The notes: a model not told the origin generated them from the sequence alone. Numbered from the stretch's first letter, positions 27,963-39,283 are shown. The stretch is DNA of 64,000 nucleotides from Vulcanimicrobiota bacterium (GCA_050250895.1 JBFWNU010000001.1:3140891-3204890), one strand, 5' to 3'. Numbers and translations: made by a program.

Positions 27963-30500
27963 CTAGCACTCGGAGTGCCCGCAGTTGTAGCAGCTTTGAC
28001 AGCCTTCGATGTAGACCAGCGAGGTGTTGCCGCAAGCGGGGCAGAGGTCGGCCATGACCGCATTCTCGGCACCGGCCGTGGGCGGTTCGACCACCTTGGC
28101 GGCCGGGGGCGCACCCGGGCTATCCTCGAGCAGATACTGCTCTTCGAGCGCCTGGGCTAGAGCATCCGGGAGAGAGCGGACACGGGAACGGCCGAAGCCC
28201 AGCGAACGAGGTCCGCCGATGCCGGACAACTGGTTGACGATCTCGTAGATACGTTCGCGAGGAGTCAGGGGGGAGCTGACCCGCAAGACCAACGAGGTCA
28301 AACGACCGAGCGCTTCCGCCATCGCCTTGATGTCGCTGCCACCTTTGCCGATGTCCACGAAGACCTCGAAAGGACGACCTTCTTCATCGTCGTTCATGGT
28401 CACGTGGGCGGTGCCGGCGGGAGTCGCCTTGGAGACCGTGGCCCCGTAGCGACGGTAAGGGCGCGGACGAACCTTGGGCTGAGGCGTATCCAGGACCTTA
28501 GCCTTGGGCTCTTCCTTTTTCTCCTCCACATCTTCTTTGAGATGTAGAACCTGCTCATCACGCGACTTGTCACGATAGATGGTGCCGCCCTTGCAACCCA
28601 GCCGATACATCAGCTCGTAGAGTTCGCGCGTCTGCTCTACGGTGTAGGTCGACGGGCAGTTGCAGGTTTTGGAGATGGCCGAGTCCACCCAACGCTGGGT
28701 CGCGGCCTGAGCGCGGACATGCTCCTCGGGAGTCAGGTCCATGGCGCTCACGAAGTAGTCGGGCAGCTCCTGGCCAGGATGCTCGCCCTGCCACTCCTCG
28801 AGAACTTTGACTTTCTCTTCATGCATACCCAGACGGCTCTTGCGGAAGTAGCTCCAGAAGTAGAACGGCTCGATACCGGTCGAAGTACCGACCATCGTGC
28901 CCACGGTGCCGGTGGGAGCCTGGGTCAGCAGGGTGACGTTGCGGATGCCCTTCTCGCGCACGGCTGTGCGAACCCGCTGAGGCATCTTCTTCATGAAGCC
29001 GCTGTCGAGGAACTTGTCGGCTTCGAAGTAGTCAAACGAGCCCTTCTCGGCAGCGATGTCGGCCGAAGCGAGATAGGCCTCTTCGGCGATGAAAGCGTAG
29101 AGCTTGTCGATGAAATCGATCGACTCTTGCGAGCCGTAGCGCAGTTCGAGGCGAATCAACATCTCGGCCAGGCCGATGGTGCCCAGTCCGACGCGGCGTT
29201 CTTTCCGTTGTTGCTCCTCGTTCTCTTTAAAGAAGTAGGGCGTGGCGTCGATGACGTTGTCGAGGAAGCGCACTGCCGTGCGCACCGAACTGCCGAGACG
29301 ATCCCAGGTCACCTCGCCGTGGTCGACAAAGCGCGCCAGGTTGATGTGACCGAGATTGCAGACCGACCATGCCGGCAGCGGCTGCTCGCCGCACGGGTTG
29401 GTGCAGATCAGGTCGCCCTTCTCGTAATAATACGAGTTGGACAGCTTGTTGGAGCGGTCCACGAACCACATGCCGGGTTCGGCTGAAGCCCAGGCGCTCT
29501 CGGTGATCTGGTTCCAGATGTCGCGAGCGCGGACCGTCTTGTGGACTACCACCTGACCGCCCTTTTCGCGCCAGGCATTGAGGTTGCCGGTCCATTCATT
29601 GGCATACTTAGGATCGTTGGTGTCAGGGAAGACCAGTTCCCAATCGGAGTCAGAGTCGACCGCGGCCATGAAATCGTCGGTGATACCCACCGAAATGTTG
29701 GCGTTGGTGATGCGACCCATCTCGCGTTTGCTCGAGATGAACTCGAGCACATCAGGATGCCAGATATTGAGGATCAGCATCAAGGCGCCGCGGCGTGAGC
29801 CGCCTTGCTCGATCAGGCCAGTCACGAACGAGTAGAGACCGCCCCACGAGACCGAACCCGAGGACCGCCCGTTGACGCCGCGCACATAGGCGTAGCGAGG
29901 ACGCAGGGTGGAAAGGTTGATGCCGACACCGCCGCCACGACTCATGATCTCGGCCATGTGGGATAGGGTGTCGAAGATGCCGTCGCGTGAGTCGACCGGA
30001 CTGGGAATGACATAGCAGTTATAGAAGGTCAGGTTTTGATCGGTGCCGCAGGCGGTCAGGATGCGGCCGCCGGGCGTGAACTTCCAGCCCTGGAGCAGGC
30101 TGCGGAACTCTTGCTCCCACTGCTGCTGCTTTTCTGGGGTCGACTCGACCACCGCAGCGCCGCGGGCCACGCGATCCATCATCTCTTCGACGGTGGTCTC
30201 GATGGGCTTGTCTACATGCTCAAGAGCACGCTCGACCTCTTCGCCGTCGCGCAAGGTGACGGTCACCTGCTGGCCGGTAACGGTCTTGACCGAGCCGATC
30301 TCGCGTTGGCCGGTCTTGGGGTCGACCACGGCCACCACGGTGTCACCGGGCTTGAGGCTCTCTTTTTTGCCGTCCTTGAGGGCGTAACGATCAAGGAAGA
30401 TCTTTTCGCCCAGGGGCGAGAGTTCGTTGCTTTCCACCAGAGTATTTCTTTCCAGGACCCCGACGGGGCCCGGGGTTCCATTTCGACGCGATTTAGCCAA
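27963..30500 (-). CDS. nrdJ: Class II (adenosylcobalamin-dependent) ribonucleotide reductase
   Basis: PGGRIL, FYNCYV, SRGGGVG, TNPCGEQPL, APTGT, ISKTCN, YRDKSR, C-terminal TSCPD-like domain and Zn ribbon. Confidence 0.96.
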   Translation of the reverse strand: MAKSRRNGTPGPVGVLERNTLVESNELSPLGEKIFLDRYALKDGKKESLKPGDTVVAVVDPKTGQREIGSVKTVTGQQVTVTLRDGEEVERALEHVDKPIETTVEEMMDRVARGAAVVESTPEKQQQWEQEFRSLLQGWKFTPGGRILTACGTDQNLTFYNCYVIPSPVDSRDGIFDTLSHMAEIMSRGGGVGINLSTLRPRYAYVRGVNGRSSGSVSWGGLYSFVTGLIEQGGSRRGALMLILNIWHPDVLEFISSKREMGRITNANISVGITDDFMAAVDSDSDWELVFPDTNDPKYANEWTGNLNAWREKGGQVVVHKTVRARDIWNQITESAWASAEPGMWFVDRSNKLSNSYYYEKGDLICTNPCGEQPLPAWSVCNLGHINLARFVDHGEVTWDRLGSSVRTAVRFLDNVIDATPYFFKENEEQQRKERRVGLGTIGLAEMLIRLELRYGSQESIDFIDKLYAFIAEEAYLASADIAAEKGSFDYFEADKFLDSGFMKKMPQRVRTAVREKGIRNVTLLTQAPTGTVGTMVGTSTGIEPFYFWSYFRKSRLGMHEEKVKVLEEWQGEHPGQELPDYFVSAMDLTPEEHVRAQAATQRWVDSAISKTCNCPSTYTVEQTRELYELMYRLGCKGGTIYRDKSRDEQVLHLKEDVEEKKEEPKAKVLDTPQPKVRPRPYRRYGATVSKATPAGTAHVTMNDDEEGRPFEVFVDIGKGGSDIKAMAEALGRLTSLVLRVSSPLTPRERIYEIVNQLSGIGGPRSLGFGRSRVRSLPDALAQALEEQYLLEDSPGAPPAAKVVEPPTAGAENAVMADLCPACGNTSLVYIEGCQSCYNCGHSEC

Positions 30501-30592
30501 GACACTGCCTCCCTACGGCCGTGGGCCGTTTTAATGTTTTGGTAACGCGCGAACTAAATTCGCGCTTTGTTGGAATCATTTTCAACTTTGCT

Positions 30593-30621
30593 ATCCTAAC
30601 CTTGAATTGAAATCTTGTCAA
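30593..30621 (-). promoter_or_regulatory. Sigma70 promoter of nrdJ
   Basis: TTGACA-17bp-TAGGAT. Confidence 0.7.
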
Positions 30622-30666
30622 CTACATCTGGGAGTTTGTTCAAGAGGTGGCCACTACATGTTGTGG
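30619..30666. promoter_or_regulatory. Tandem NrdR boxes
   Basis: caACTACATCTGGgag (30619) and cCACTACATGTTGTGg (30651), 32 bp apart, match acaCwAtATaTwGtgt upstream of an RNR. Confidence 0.85.
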
Positions 30667-30827
30667 GTAGACTGTCCACAGGCATGACCGCGCAGTGGTC
30701 GGACTTGAAGTCGTCTTGTGGAAAAAGGCTCTAGTGTTTTCCAGGGTTCCCACAGGAATGTCACAAGAATTTTACTTTTTCAGGGTGTTTTAAGGGCTAG
30801 ACTCAAGCCACCAAATAGGAGGTTCCC

Positions 30828-31742
30828 ATGTTGCTCAACACCGCTCAAGTCAAGAGATTCGACTCTGCACCCAACTACAAAGTCTACCGCGGAGCGGGAG
30901 CATCTGCCCGAGAAAGCCAGGACGTCGACCAGGTGACCATCGGCACCTATAACGTCAAGAATCTCTTCGACGGCATCGATCAAGACCCTTCGCGGGGAAC
31001 GACCGAGAAGCCGGACCGCGAGCTGCGAGCCCTGGCAGCAGTGATTGCCAACTCGAAGGCTGACGTGGTGGCGCTGCAGGAAGTCGAGAACATCGATGTG
31101 CTCAACAAGTTCCTGCAGGACTTCATGCCCGAACAGTTCCAGCACGCGGTGCTGGTGGAGGGCAACGACGGCCGCGGAATCGATGTCGCGGTCATCTCAA
31201 AGTTCGACATCACCAACGTGGTTAGCCACAAGGAGAACCGTTTTCCCAAGCCCGACGGTTCGGGACAGACCGACTTCTCCAGGGATCTTTTGCGCGTAGA
31301 CCTGCAGGTAGGTCAGTACCCTCTGAGCGTCTACACCACCCACCTCAAATCAAAGCGTGGCGGCGAAGAGTCGACCGTCCAGCGGCAAGCCGAGGCCAAT
31401 GAGGTTCGGCGGATTCTAGAGCAGGAAATGGGCAACTTCGAAGGCAAGAATTTCGTGGTTACCGGAGACCTCAACGATTCACCCATGGCTAATACCACCA
31501 AAACCATTCGCGAGGGCGAGCCGGGGCATCCCAGGCTGATCGACGGTCTGGACGGCAAGCCCTGGAATCAGCGCGACACCTGGCCCTCAGATCGGCCTCG
31601 ACGCCAGATCGACTTCATCATGTTTCCCGAGCATATGGCCGACAATCTGGTCAAGCAAGAAGTTCAACATCATTCCCAGGCCTCGACTGCCTCGGACCAC
31701 ATGATGGTGGCGGCCACCTTCAATTTGCGGGATGAGGCCTAG
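30828..31742 (+). CDS. Endonuclease/exonuclease/phosphatase family protein
   Basis: TYNVKNLFD, ALQEVE, NDGRGIDV, HLKS, GDLND, SDH. Confidence 0.92.
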   Translation: MLLNTAQVKRFDSAPNYKVYRGAGASARESQDVDQVTIGTYNVKNLFDGIDQDPSRGTTEKPDRELRALAAVIANSKADVVALQEVENIDVLNKFLQDFMPEQFQHAVLVEGNDGRGIDVAVISKFDITNVVSHKENRFPKPDGSGQTDFSRDLLRVDLQVGQYPLSVYTTHLKSKRGGEESTVQRQAEANEVRRILEQEMGNFEGKNFVVTGDLNDSPMANTTKTIREGEPGHPRLIDGLDGKPWNQRDTWPSDRPRRQIDFIMFPEHMADNLVKQEVQHHSQASTASDHMMVAATFNLRDEA

Positions 31743-32666
31743 TTGCGAGCACTGGTGACGGGGGGAGCCGGGTTTATCGGCTCCCATCTGGTGGAGCGGT
31801 TGCTCGAAGAGGGTCACGACGTTCTGTGCCTGGATAACTATTTCACGGGACGTCGCCAGAATCTGCAGCATCTACTCGACCATCCGGGTCTTGAGTTGAT
31901 TCGCCACGACGTGGTCGAGCCTATCCTCTTGGAGACCGATTGGGTCTACAACCTCGCCTGCCCAGCCTCGCCGGTGCACTATCAGTTCAACCCGGTCAAG
32001 ACGGTCAAGACCAACGTGATGGGCACCATTAACATGTTGGGCCTTTGTAAGCGAACGGGGGCCAGTATGGTCCAGGCCTCGACCTCGGAGGTCTATGGCG
32101 ACCCCGAGGTTTCACCTCAGTCTGAAGAGTACTGGGGCCGGGTGAACCCCATCGGCATTCGCAGTTGCTATGATGAGGGCAAGCGGGTGGCCGAGACTCT
32201 CTGCATGGACTACCACCGTCAGAACGGCGTCGACGTCAAAATCGTTCGCATCTTCAACACCTACGGCCCGCGCATGGCTCGCGAGGATGGACGGGTAGTC
32301 AGTAATTTCATTGTGCAGGCCCTGGCCGGCGAGCCGATCACGATCTACGGCGAGGGCACGCAGACGCGCTCGTTTTGCTATGTCGACGACACGGTCGAAG
32401 CTATCGTGCGCCTGCGGAGCCTACCCCCCGACCAGCCGGGTCCGGTCAACGTGGGCAATCCGTCTCCTATTCAGATCGGAGAGCTGGCCACTCTGATCGT
32501 GAAAATGTGCGGCTCGACCTCCGAGGTCGTCTATCATCCCTTGCCTTCTGACGACCCGACCCAACGTTGCCCGGACATCACTCGGGCCAAGACGATGCTC
32601 GATTGGGCGCCCACCGTCGCACTCGAGGCGGGTTTGGCCCGAACCATCGACTATTTCCGAGGTTAA
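31743..32666 (+). CDS. UDP-glucuronate decarboxylase (SDR epimerase family)
   Basis: [47 protein letters not shown]. Confidence 0.93.
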   Translation: MRALVTGGAGFIGSHLVERLLEEGHDVLCLDNYFTGRRQNLQHLLDHPGLELIRHDVVEPILLETDWVYNLACPASPVHYQFNPVKTVKTNVMGTINMLGLCKRTGASMVQASTSEVYGDPEVSPQSEEYWGRVNPIGIRSCYDEGKRVAETLCMDYHRQNGVDVKIVRIFNTYGPRMAREDGRVVSNFIVQALAGEPITIYGEGTQTRSFCYVDDTVEAIVRLRSLPPDQPGPVNVGNPSPIQIGELATLIVKMCGSTSEVVYHPLPSDDPTQRCPDITRAKTMLDWAPTVALEAGLARTIDYFRG

Positions 32667-32720
32667 CCGCCGCGCTCGCTGTGCTCGCGAGGGGGAGCGC
32701 TCGCTTTGCTCGCGAGGAGG

Positions 32721-33070
32721 GAGCGCTCGCTGTGCTCGCGAGAAGGGAGCCGGGCTGCGCCCGGAGAGGGGAGCGCTCGCTTTGCTCGTGAGAAGGGAGC
32801 CGGGCTGCGCCCGGAGAGGGGAGCGCTCGCTTTGCTCGTGAGAAGGGAGCCGGGCTGCGCCCGGAGAGGGGAGCGCTCGCTTTGCTCGTGAGAAGGGAGC
32901 CGGGCTGCGCCCGGAGAGGGGAGCGCTCGCTTTGCTCGCGAGAAGGGAGCCGGGCTGCGCCCGGAGAGGGGAGCGCTCGCTTTGCTCGTGAGAAGGGAGC
33001 CGGGCTGCGCCCGGAGAGGGGAGCGCTCGCTTTGCTCGCGAGAAGGGAGCCGGGCTGCGCCCGGAGAGGG
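32721..33070. repeat. Tandem array of 7 x 50 bp, with partial units at 32670-32720
   Basis: Unit gagcgctcgctttgctcgYgagaagggagccgggctgcgcccggagaggg, no spacers. Confidence 0.95.
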
Positions 33071-33237
33071 GAGCACTGGCTTCGCTTGCGCTCGCCAGTG
33101 AGATCTAGATGTACTCGACGCTTCGCGTCGTAAATCTTGCGCGGCTTCGCCGCTCGGCCAGCCTGCGGCCGAAGAGGGCTCGCTGCCCGCCGTGCCCACC
33201 GCCGCCGACCAGCCCGGCCCAGCAGCCCTGGCTGTTT

Positions 33238-33761
33238 GGCGAACATGTGGTTGTTTCCGGCCGTCTAGTGTGCGCCGCACAGTCCGATGTTGCGAATGTA
33301 CGGCGCAAGTGTGCGCCGCACAAGCCGGTTTGCTGAATGTGCGGCGCACAAACTCGCCGCCGCCCGCCGAGGTCGCAGCCACTAGCCGAGCCCGGCGCCG
33401 CCCGGCGAGGCCGCAGCCACTAACCGTTCACCGCGGCCCACCGAACCTGCCGCTGTCCGCCGATTCCGCCGCTACTAGCCGAGTTCGCTGCCCTGTCTGC
33501 CGCGGTCCGCCGCCGCCTACCCACCGAGTCCGCCGCCGTGCGGCGAACGCATGTTTGTTTTTGGCTGTCGGGTGTGCGCCGCACAGTCCAATGTTGCGAA
33601 TGTACGGCGCAAGTGTGCGCCGCACAAGCCGGTTTGCTGAATGTGCGGCGCACAAACTCGCCGCCGCCCGCCGAGGTCGCAGCCACTAGCCGAGCCCGGC
33701 ACCGCGCGGGCCGAGGCCGCAGCCACTAACCGAGTTCACCGCGGCCCACCGAACCTGCCGC
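33238..33761. repeat. Direct duplication of about 215 bp (offset 304)
   Basis: 33238-33453 matches 33542-33761, with internal tgtgcgccgcaca/tgtgcggcgcaca inverted motifs. Confidence 0.9.
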
Positions 33762-33918
33762 GGCCCCCCGAGCCCATCGCCGCCGCCCTCGGAGCCACCG
33801 CCGCCCAGCCCAGGTCCTCCACACCAACTCAAAGTGCCTGTCCGTCCCAGGCCCACTTCTTCGCGGCCCACTGCGGATCTCCGCGGTATTCCCAAGGAGC
33901 GCCCCCCAACGTTCAGGC

Positions 33919-35400
33919 TCAGGGGCGGCGGCCGCCGGTGCGCTCGAGGATCGAGTCGAGAAAGGCCTGAGCCCAGACTTCGGCGGGGCCGTGGGCGATC
34001 ATTTGGTCGAGCAGCGCGACCTGGTCCTTGAGCCGGCCCTGGCGACCGAGCAGGCGGACTTTGTCGGCATAGGCGTAGAAGAGGTTAGGGTGGCGGGCCA
34101 GCATCAGGTCGAGGATCTCGAGGGCCGCGTCGGCGTGGTCGAGTTCGGCCAGGCACTCCGAAGCGGCCAGCTGGAAGTAGGGGTCTTCGGGATAGCCTCC
34201 CATGCCCTGGCGGGCCAGGTCGAGGGCGGCCGGATAGTCTTTGGCGGCGAAGGCGGCCTGCAGTCGAAACCGCAAAGCGCGCCGGCTGGAGAGATGCGAG
34301 AGGGTCTCGAGGCCTTCGGTCAGGCGTCCCTGCGCCATCACGACGGCGGCTAGATTGAAGGTGTTCACCTCGAGGTCAGACAGTGCCGCGGCCTGGCGCA
34401 GGTGTTGTTCGGCCAGGTCCGGTTGAGACCAGAGCAGCGCTCCCAGACGCACCTCGCGATAGTAGCCGGGAGCTAGAGAGGCTAGCTGTTCGCGTCGCTC
34501 TGCTTGAGAGAGAAACGGGCTCTTGACGACCTCGGCCGTGAGGGCCGGCTCCAGGGCCCGCATCTCCTGCCAGGCCTGGTGGGTCTGGGGGTGGAGCAGG
34601 CGATAGCCGACCAGCAACTTGGAGGGGCCGGTCAGGCGCAACTGGCCCACCGGCACCTGCAGCCCGGTCAGCATTTTCCAGACTCTGACCACGCCGTCGC
34701 TATCGACCTGCAGGCCGTAGGCGGTCTCGGGGAGCTCGATGCCCAGGGGGATCCCTTCCTGGGTGGTGACCTTACCGTCGCGCCCTACCCGCAGTTGGAG
34801 CCCGCTAAATTCGTGGCCGGCTGTCCGCAGGCTGTCGGGGCCCCAGACGGCCAGCTGGTTGGGAATGCCGGTGAACTCGATGGCGTTCTCGAGAAAGAAC
34901 TGGTAGAAGTGGATGGCTTCCTGTGGGCGACCGGCCGCGGCCAGAGCCCGGGCCAGACCGAGCTGGGCGTCCAGCTCGGCCGGTGGGGCCAGTTCGATGG
35001 CCCGCTGGAAGAGCGCGATGGCTCGTGGTGGCGGCGATACCTCGGCCAGACGGGTCAGGGCTCGATAGCGAAAGAGATCGGCGGTGGCCAGGGCCATGAC
35101 GAAGGGCGTGCGGCCGGGGTGCTCCTGGATAAGCGTGGCTGTCTCGGCGGGCGCCTGGGCCAGGGCCCGCTCGAAGGAAGAACGGGCCTCGTCAGGGCGC
35201 CCCAGTTGCTGCAGGGCCATGCCAGCATTGTAGAGGATGAAGGGGTTATCGGGGTGGCCTTTGAGGGCCTGGCGATAGTGAGCGAGGGCAGCCTCGGGGC
35301 GCCCCTCGCGCAGTTCGCGATTGCCGTCACGAAAGTCATCGGCCGCGACTGGCGCGACCGATAGGAAAAGTAGAACGAGTGTAAGGTAACGTCTTAGAAT
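33919..35400 (-). CDS. Secreted TPR protein with FlgG-like inserted domain (start uncertain)
   Basis: Signal-like RRYLTLVLLFLSVAPVAA, TPR helices and a beta-rich insert. Confidence 0.75.
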   Translation of the reverse strand: MLRRYLTLVLLFLSVAPVAADDFRDGNRELREGRPEAALAHYRQALKGHPDNPFILYNAGMALQQLGRPDEARSSFERALAQAPAETATLIQEHPGRTPFVMALATADLFRYRALTRLAEVSPPPRAIALFQRAIELAPPAELDAQLGLARALAAAGRPQEAIHFYQFFLENAIEFTGIPNQLAVWGPDSLRTAGHEFSGLQLRVGRDGKVTTQEGIPLGIELPETAYGLQVDSDGVVRVWKMLTGLQVPVGQLRLTGPSKLLVGYRLLHPQTHQAWQEMRALEPALTAEVVKSPFLSQAERREQLASLAPGYYREVRLGALLWSQPDLAEQHLRQAAALSDLEVNTFNLAAVVMAQGRLTEGLETLSHLSSRRALRFRLQAAFAAKDYPAALDLARQGMGGYPEDPYFQLAASECLAELDHADAALEILDLMLARHPNLFYAYADKVRLLGRQGRLKDQVALLDQMIAHGPAEVWAQAFLDSILERTGGRRP

Positions 35401-35825
35401 CGGTTGTGATAGACCAGCCGGTAAGTCCCCGGGGGTTCGATGCGCACGAACAGGCCGGGGCGAAGCGACTGGATGGGAATTCGATTCGTGTAGCCGAGGT
35501 CGGCCGTGTTGACCCGCTGCGAGGTGCGCTGCTCGATCATTGCGATCTGGCCCTCGAGGCTGAGGGTGACGCGGTCGCGCAACCACGGGGTCTTAATGCC
35601 GTCGAGCAGATTGGGAATGCCGCCAGTGTCCTGGACGGCCGACAGGCCGACGCCTTCGACCTGGCGGGGGCGGGCACCCAGGCCCTGGGAGGGATCGTAA
35701 CCGGGGATATTGCCGCCGGGTCCGCCACCGGCACCGCCAGCACCACCGCCGGCCGGGCCCTGGTAGGATTCTCGACTGCGTCGGGCCCGGATTTGCTCGA
35801 TTTTATCTCTATAATCGTCTGCCAC
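35394..35825 (-). CDS. Hypothetical protein
   Basis: GGAG(AGG) RBS, 143-aa ORF with a Gly-rich linker. Confidence 0.7.
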   Translation of the reverse strand: MADDYRDKIEQIRARRSRESYQGPAGGGAGGAGGGPGGNIPGYDPSQGLGARPRQVEGVGLSAVQDTGGIPNLLDGIKTPWLRDRVTLSLEGQIAMIEQRTSQRVNTADLGYTNRIPIQSLRPGLFVRIEPPGTYRLVYHNRF

Positions 35826-35894
35826 TAGAGAACCCTCTCCTTGTTTGCGATGGCCTGGTTAGCCCCAGTATTATAGCACGTTCCAGGCACCCTG

Positions 35895-36962
<1,068 letters not shown>

Positions 36963-37013
36963 GGGCGCCTGTTCAAGAAGGCGCCCCGCAGCCCCTCGCG
37001 GAATGGCCAGTTC

Positions 37014-38132
37014 ATGCTGATGGCGGGTTTGCTGGCCCTGTTCTGGGTGCTGATTTGGGGGGAGCGATTTCGCTCGATGAGGTATCTGATGCGACTCGAG
37101 CAGTTCGCCGAACAGACCCCCGCCGTGTACCCTCGCGTCTCGGTGCTGGTGGCCGCCTGCAACGAGGAGGCCACGGTCGCGTCGGCGCTCCAGTCGCTAC
37201 TCGCACTGGACTATCCCGATTATGAGGTGGTGGTGGTCAACGACCGCTCGAGCGACCAGACCGGGGCCATTCTCGATGGCATGGCCCGGCCGGGTCTGGT
37301 GGTCGTTCACAACCGCGAACTGCCTCAGGGCTGGCTGGGCAAAAACCATGCCCTGCATCTGGCGGCCCGCCGAGCCAGCGGTGAGGTGTTGTTGTTCACC
37401 GATGCCGATGTCCACTTCGAACCCACGGCGTTAAGAGTGGCGGTGGCCGCCATGCTCAACCTGCGGGTGGACCACCTGGTGATGGTGCCCACCATCGAGA
37501 CGCACGGGTTTTGGGAGAAGACGCTGATCGGGTTCTTCACCTTCATGTTCGGCAGTCGGTTTCGGCCCGAACTGGTCCACCGCGAGGAACGCTATTTCGT
37601 CGGCGTGGGGGCCTTCAACATGCTGCGGCGCGCGGCTTACCAGCAGATCGGTGGGCATGAGCCCATCAGTCTGCAGGTGGCTGACGACCTGATGCTGGGA
37701 AAATTGATCAAGCAAGCGGGATTGACCCAGGCTTTTCTGGCTGGCCAGCGTTACGCCCGGGTGCGCTGGGTGGTCGGCCTGGGCGGGTTGGTGCATGGCC
37801 TCGAGAAGAACGCTTTCGCCGGCCTTGAATACTCGGTGGCCCAGACCCTGGTGGGCTGCGGCGGGCTGCTGACCGTCACCTGGGGGCCGCTGTGGTGCGG
37901 GACCCCGGGCTTGGCGCCGCTGATCTTGATGCTGGGGGGCGCGATGATCCATCACCGGCGCATCGAATTGCCGGCCTGGTCGGGATTGACCTTTCCTCTG
38001 GCCAGCCTGGTGTTGAACTATGTCATCCTGCGCTCGATGCTGCTCACCCTCTGGCGAGGCGGCATCTGGTGGCGGGGCACGTTCTATTCCCTGCGCGAGT
38101 TGCGCAGCCAGCCCATCAGTTTTTGGACTTGA
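37014..38132 (+). CDS. Glycosyltransferase family 2 (HpnB/CrtQ-like)
   Basis: AACNEE, VNDRSSDQT, GWLGKNHA, FTDAD, GAFNM, ADDLML. The long 5' ORF extension is antisense to the dehydrogenase. Confidence 0.9.
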   Translation: MLMAGLLALFWVLIWGERFRSMRYLMRLEQFAEQTPAVYPRVSVLVAACNEEATVASALQSLLALDYPDYEVVVVNDRSSDQTGAILDGMARPGLVVVHNRELPQGWLGKNHALHLAARRASGEVLLFTDADVHFEPTALRVAVAAMLNLRVDHLVMVPTIETHGFWEKTLIGFFTFMFGSRFRPELVHREERYFVGVGAFNMLRRAAYQQIGGHEPISLQVADDLMLGKLIKQAGLTQAFLAGQRYARVRWVVGLGGLVHGLEKNAFAGLEYSVAQTLVGCGGLLTVTWGPLWCGTPGLAPLILMLGGAMIHHRRIELPAWSGLTFPLASLVLNYVILRSMLLTLWRGGIWWRGTFYSLRELRSQPISFWT

Positions 38133-39180
38133 TGCGAGCGACTTCGATCTGCACCAACGGGTCGGCCGGAGCCAGGGCCGAGGCTTTCAGGTAAGCGGCT
38201 TTGGCTTTGTCCAGGTCGGCCTTGTCGGCTTTGACGTCAAAGCGGCGCTCATAGCTGTTGCCCAGATAGCGCCAGGCTTCGAGGCTGCCGCCGTCGAGCT
38301 GGGTGGCCCGATCGAGATACTCGATGGCCGAATCGGTGTCGCCCATTCGATAGAAGAGGGCTCCGATGGAGACATGGGCGGCCAGGCTGCGTGCATCGCT
38401 CTGGATGGCCTTGCGCAGCATCGCCTCGGCGGCGTTGAACTTGTTGGCGGCGATCTGCAGTTCGGCTTCTTGAATCAGGGCGTTGACATCCGAGCTACTG
38501 GTAGCCGTGTTGGCCGTGTTGTTGTTGGGGCCGGGACGGTCAGGAGGCGCAATGGAGCCGCTCATGGACTTGTCGTATTCGTCCAGCAGTTTCTGGGCCA
38601 GGGTACTGCCCGCCTTGATCGCCTCTTTGGCTTCTTCGACGCCCCGCTTGTCTTCGCCGATGATGAAGCTGATGGCGGCCATGCGATAGAGGCAGTCGGG
38701 CTTCTCGTAGTTGCGGCGAGCCACGATTCCATAGGTTTGATGGGCCTCAAACAGCTGTTTGGCCTGCTCTTGCAGGCGGCCTTTGAGGTAAAGAGCAGCC
38801 ACCGTGTCGGGGTGGGTGATCAGAATGTTGTCGACCAGTTCCTGAGTCATCTGGAAGTTGCCGGCCTTGAAGAAGGCCCAGGCCAGATCCAGGCGGTAGC
38901 TTCCCTCTTTGCCCACCACGTCGCGGGCCAGGTCGCCCAGAATGGCGAAACGGAAGGCGTCGTCAATGTGGTTATTGTCGATTGCCCAGCGAATCCGTCG
39001 TTCGACCTTGTCGAAGAACGAATTGTCGAGCTGGCCGCGGTGGCGACCCATGATCTCTTTCCACTGGGGAATGGGAGCTTTGAAGACTTCCTTGAGCATC
39101 TCGACCTGACCCTGCTCGTCGGCCAGGGCCGGAGCCAGGCAGACCAGGCCCATCATCAAAGCGATCAACAGCTTGCGCAT
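38116..39180 (-). CDS. Secreted TPR protein
   Basis: GGAGG RBS, signal MRKLLIALMMGLVCLAPALA, TPR repeats. Confidence 0.85.
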   Translation of the reverse strand: MRKLLIALMMGLVCLAPALADEQGQVEMLKEVFKAPIPQWKEIMGRHRGQLDNSFFDKVERRIRWAIDNNHIDDAFRFAILGDLARDVVGKEGSYRLDLAWAFFKAGNFQMTQELVDNILITHPDTVAALYLKGRLQEQAKQLFEAHQTYGIVARRNYEKPDCLYRMAAISFIIGEDKRGVEEAKEAIKAGSTLAQKLLDEYDKSMSGSIAPPDRPGPNNNTANTATSSSDVNALIQEAELQIAANKFNAAEAMLRKAIQSDARSLAAHVSIGALFYRMGDTDSAIEYLDRATQLDGGSLEAWRYLGNSYERRFDVKADKADLDKAKAAYLKASALAPADPLVQIEVARIKSKN

Positions 39181-39283
39181 AGCAATACCCTCCGTTTGGG
39201 GCCATATATTATGGCTTGAACTCTTGGTTCCTCTTTGGGTGTCTTCGCGCGTCCTGGTTCTGGGTTGCCAGAGGCTGGGGGGA

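Noticed and set aside
30500-30600. Cobalamin riboswitch before nrdJ, or an intein in nrdJ
   Set aside because: The leader is too short and lacks a B12 box. The RNR motifs are contiguous with no intein signature.
32670-33075. CRISPR array
   Set aside because: Units are contiguous with no unique spacers, and there are no cas genes in the window.
32578-33970. ORFs across the repeat region
   Set aside because: They are by-products of GC-rich repeats with a non-triplet period and give implausible proteins.
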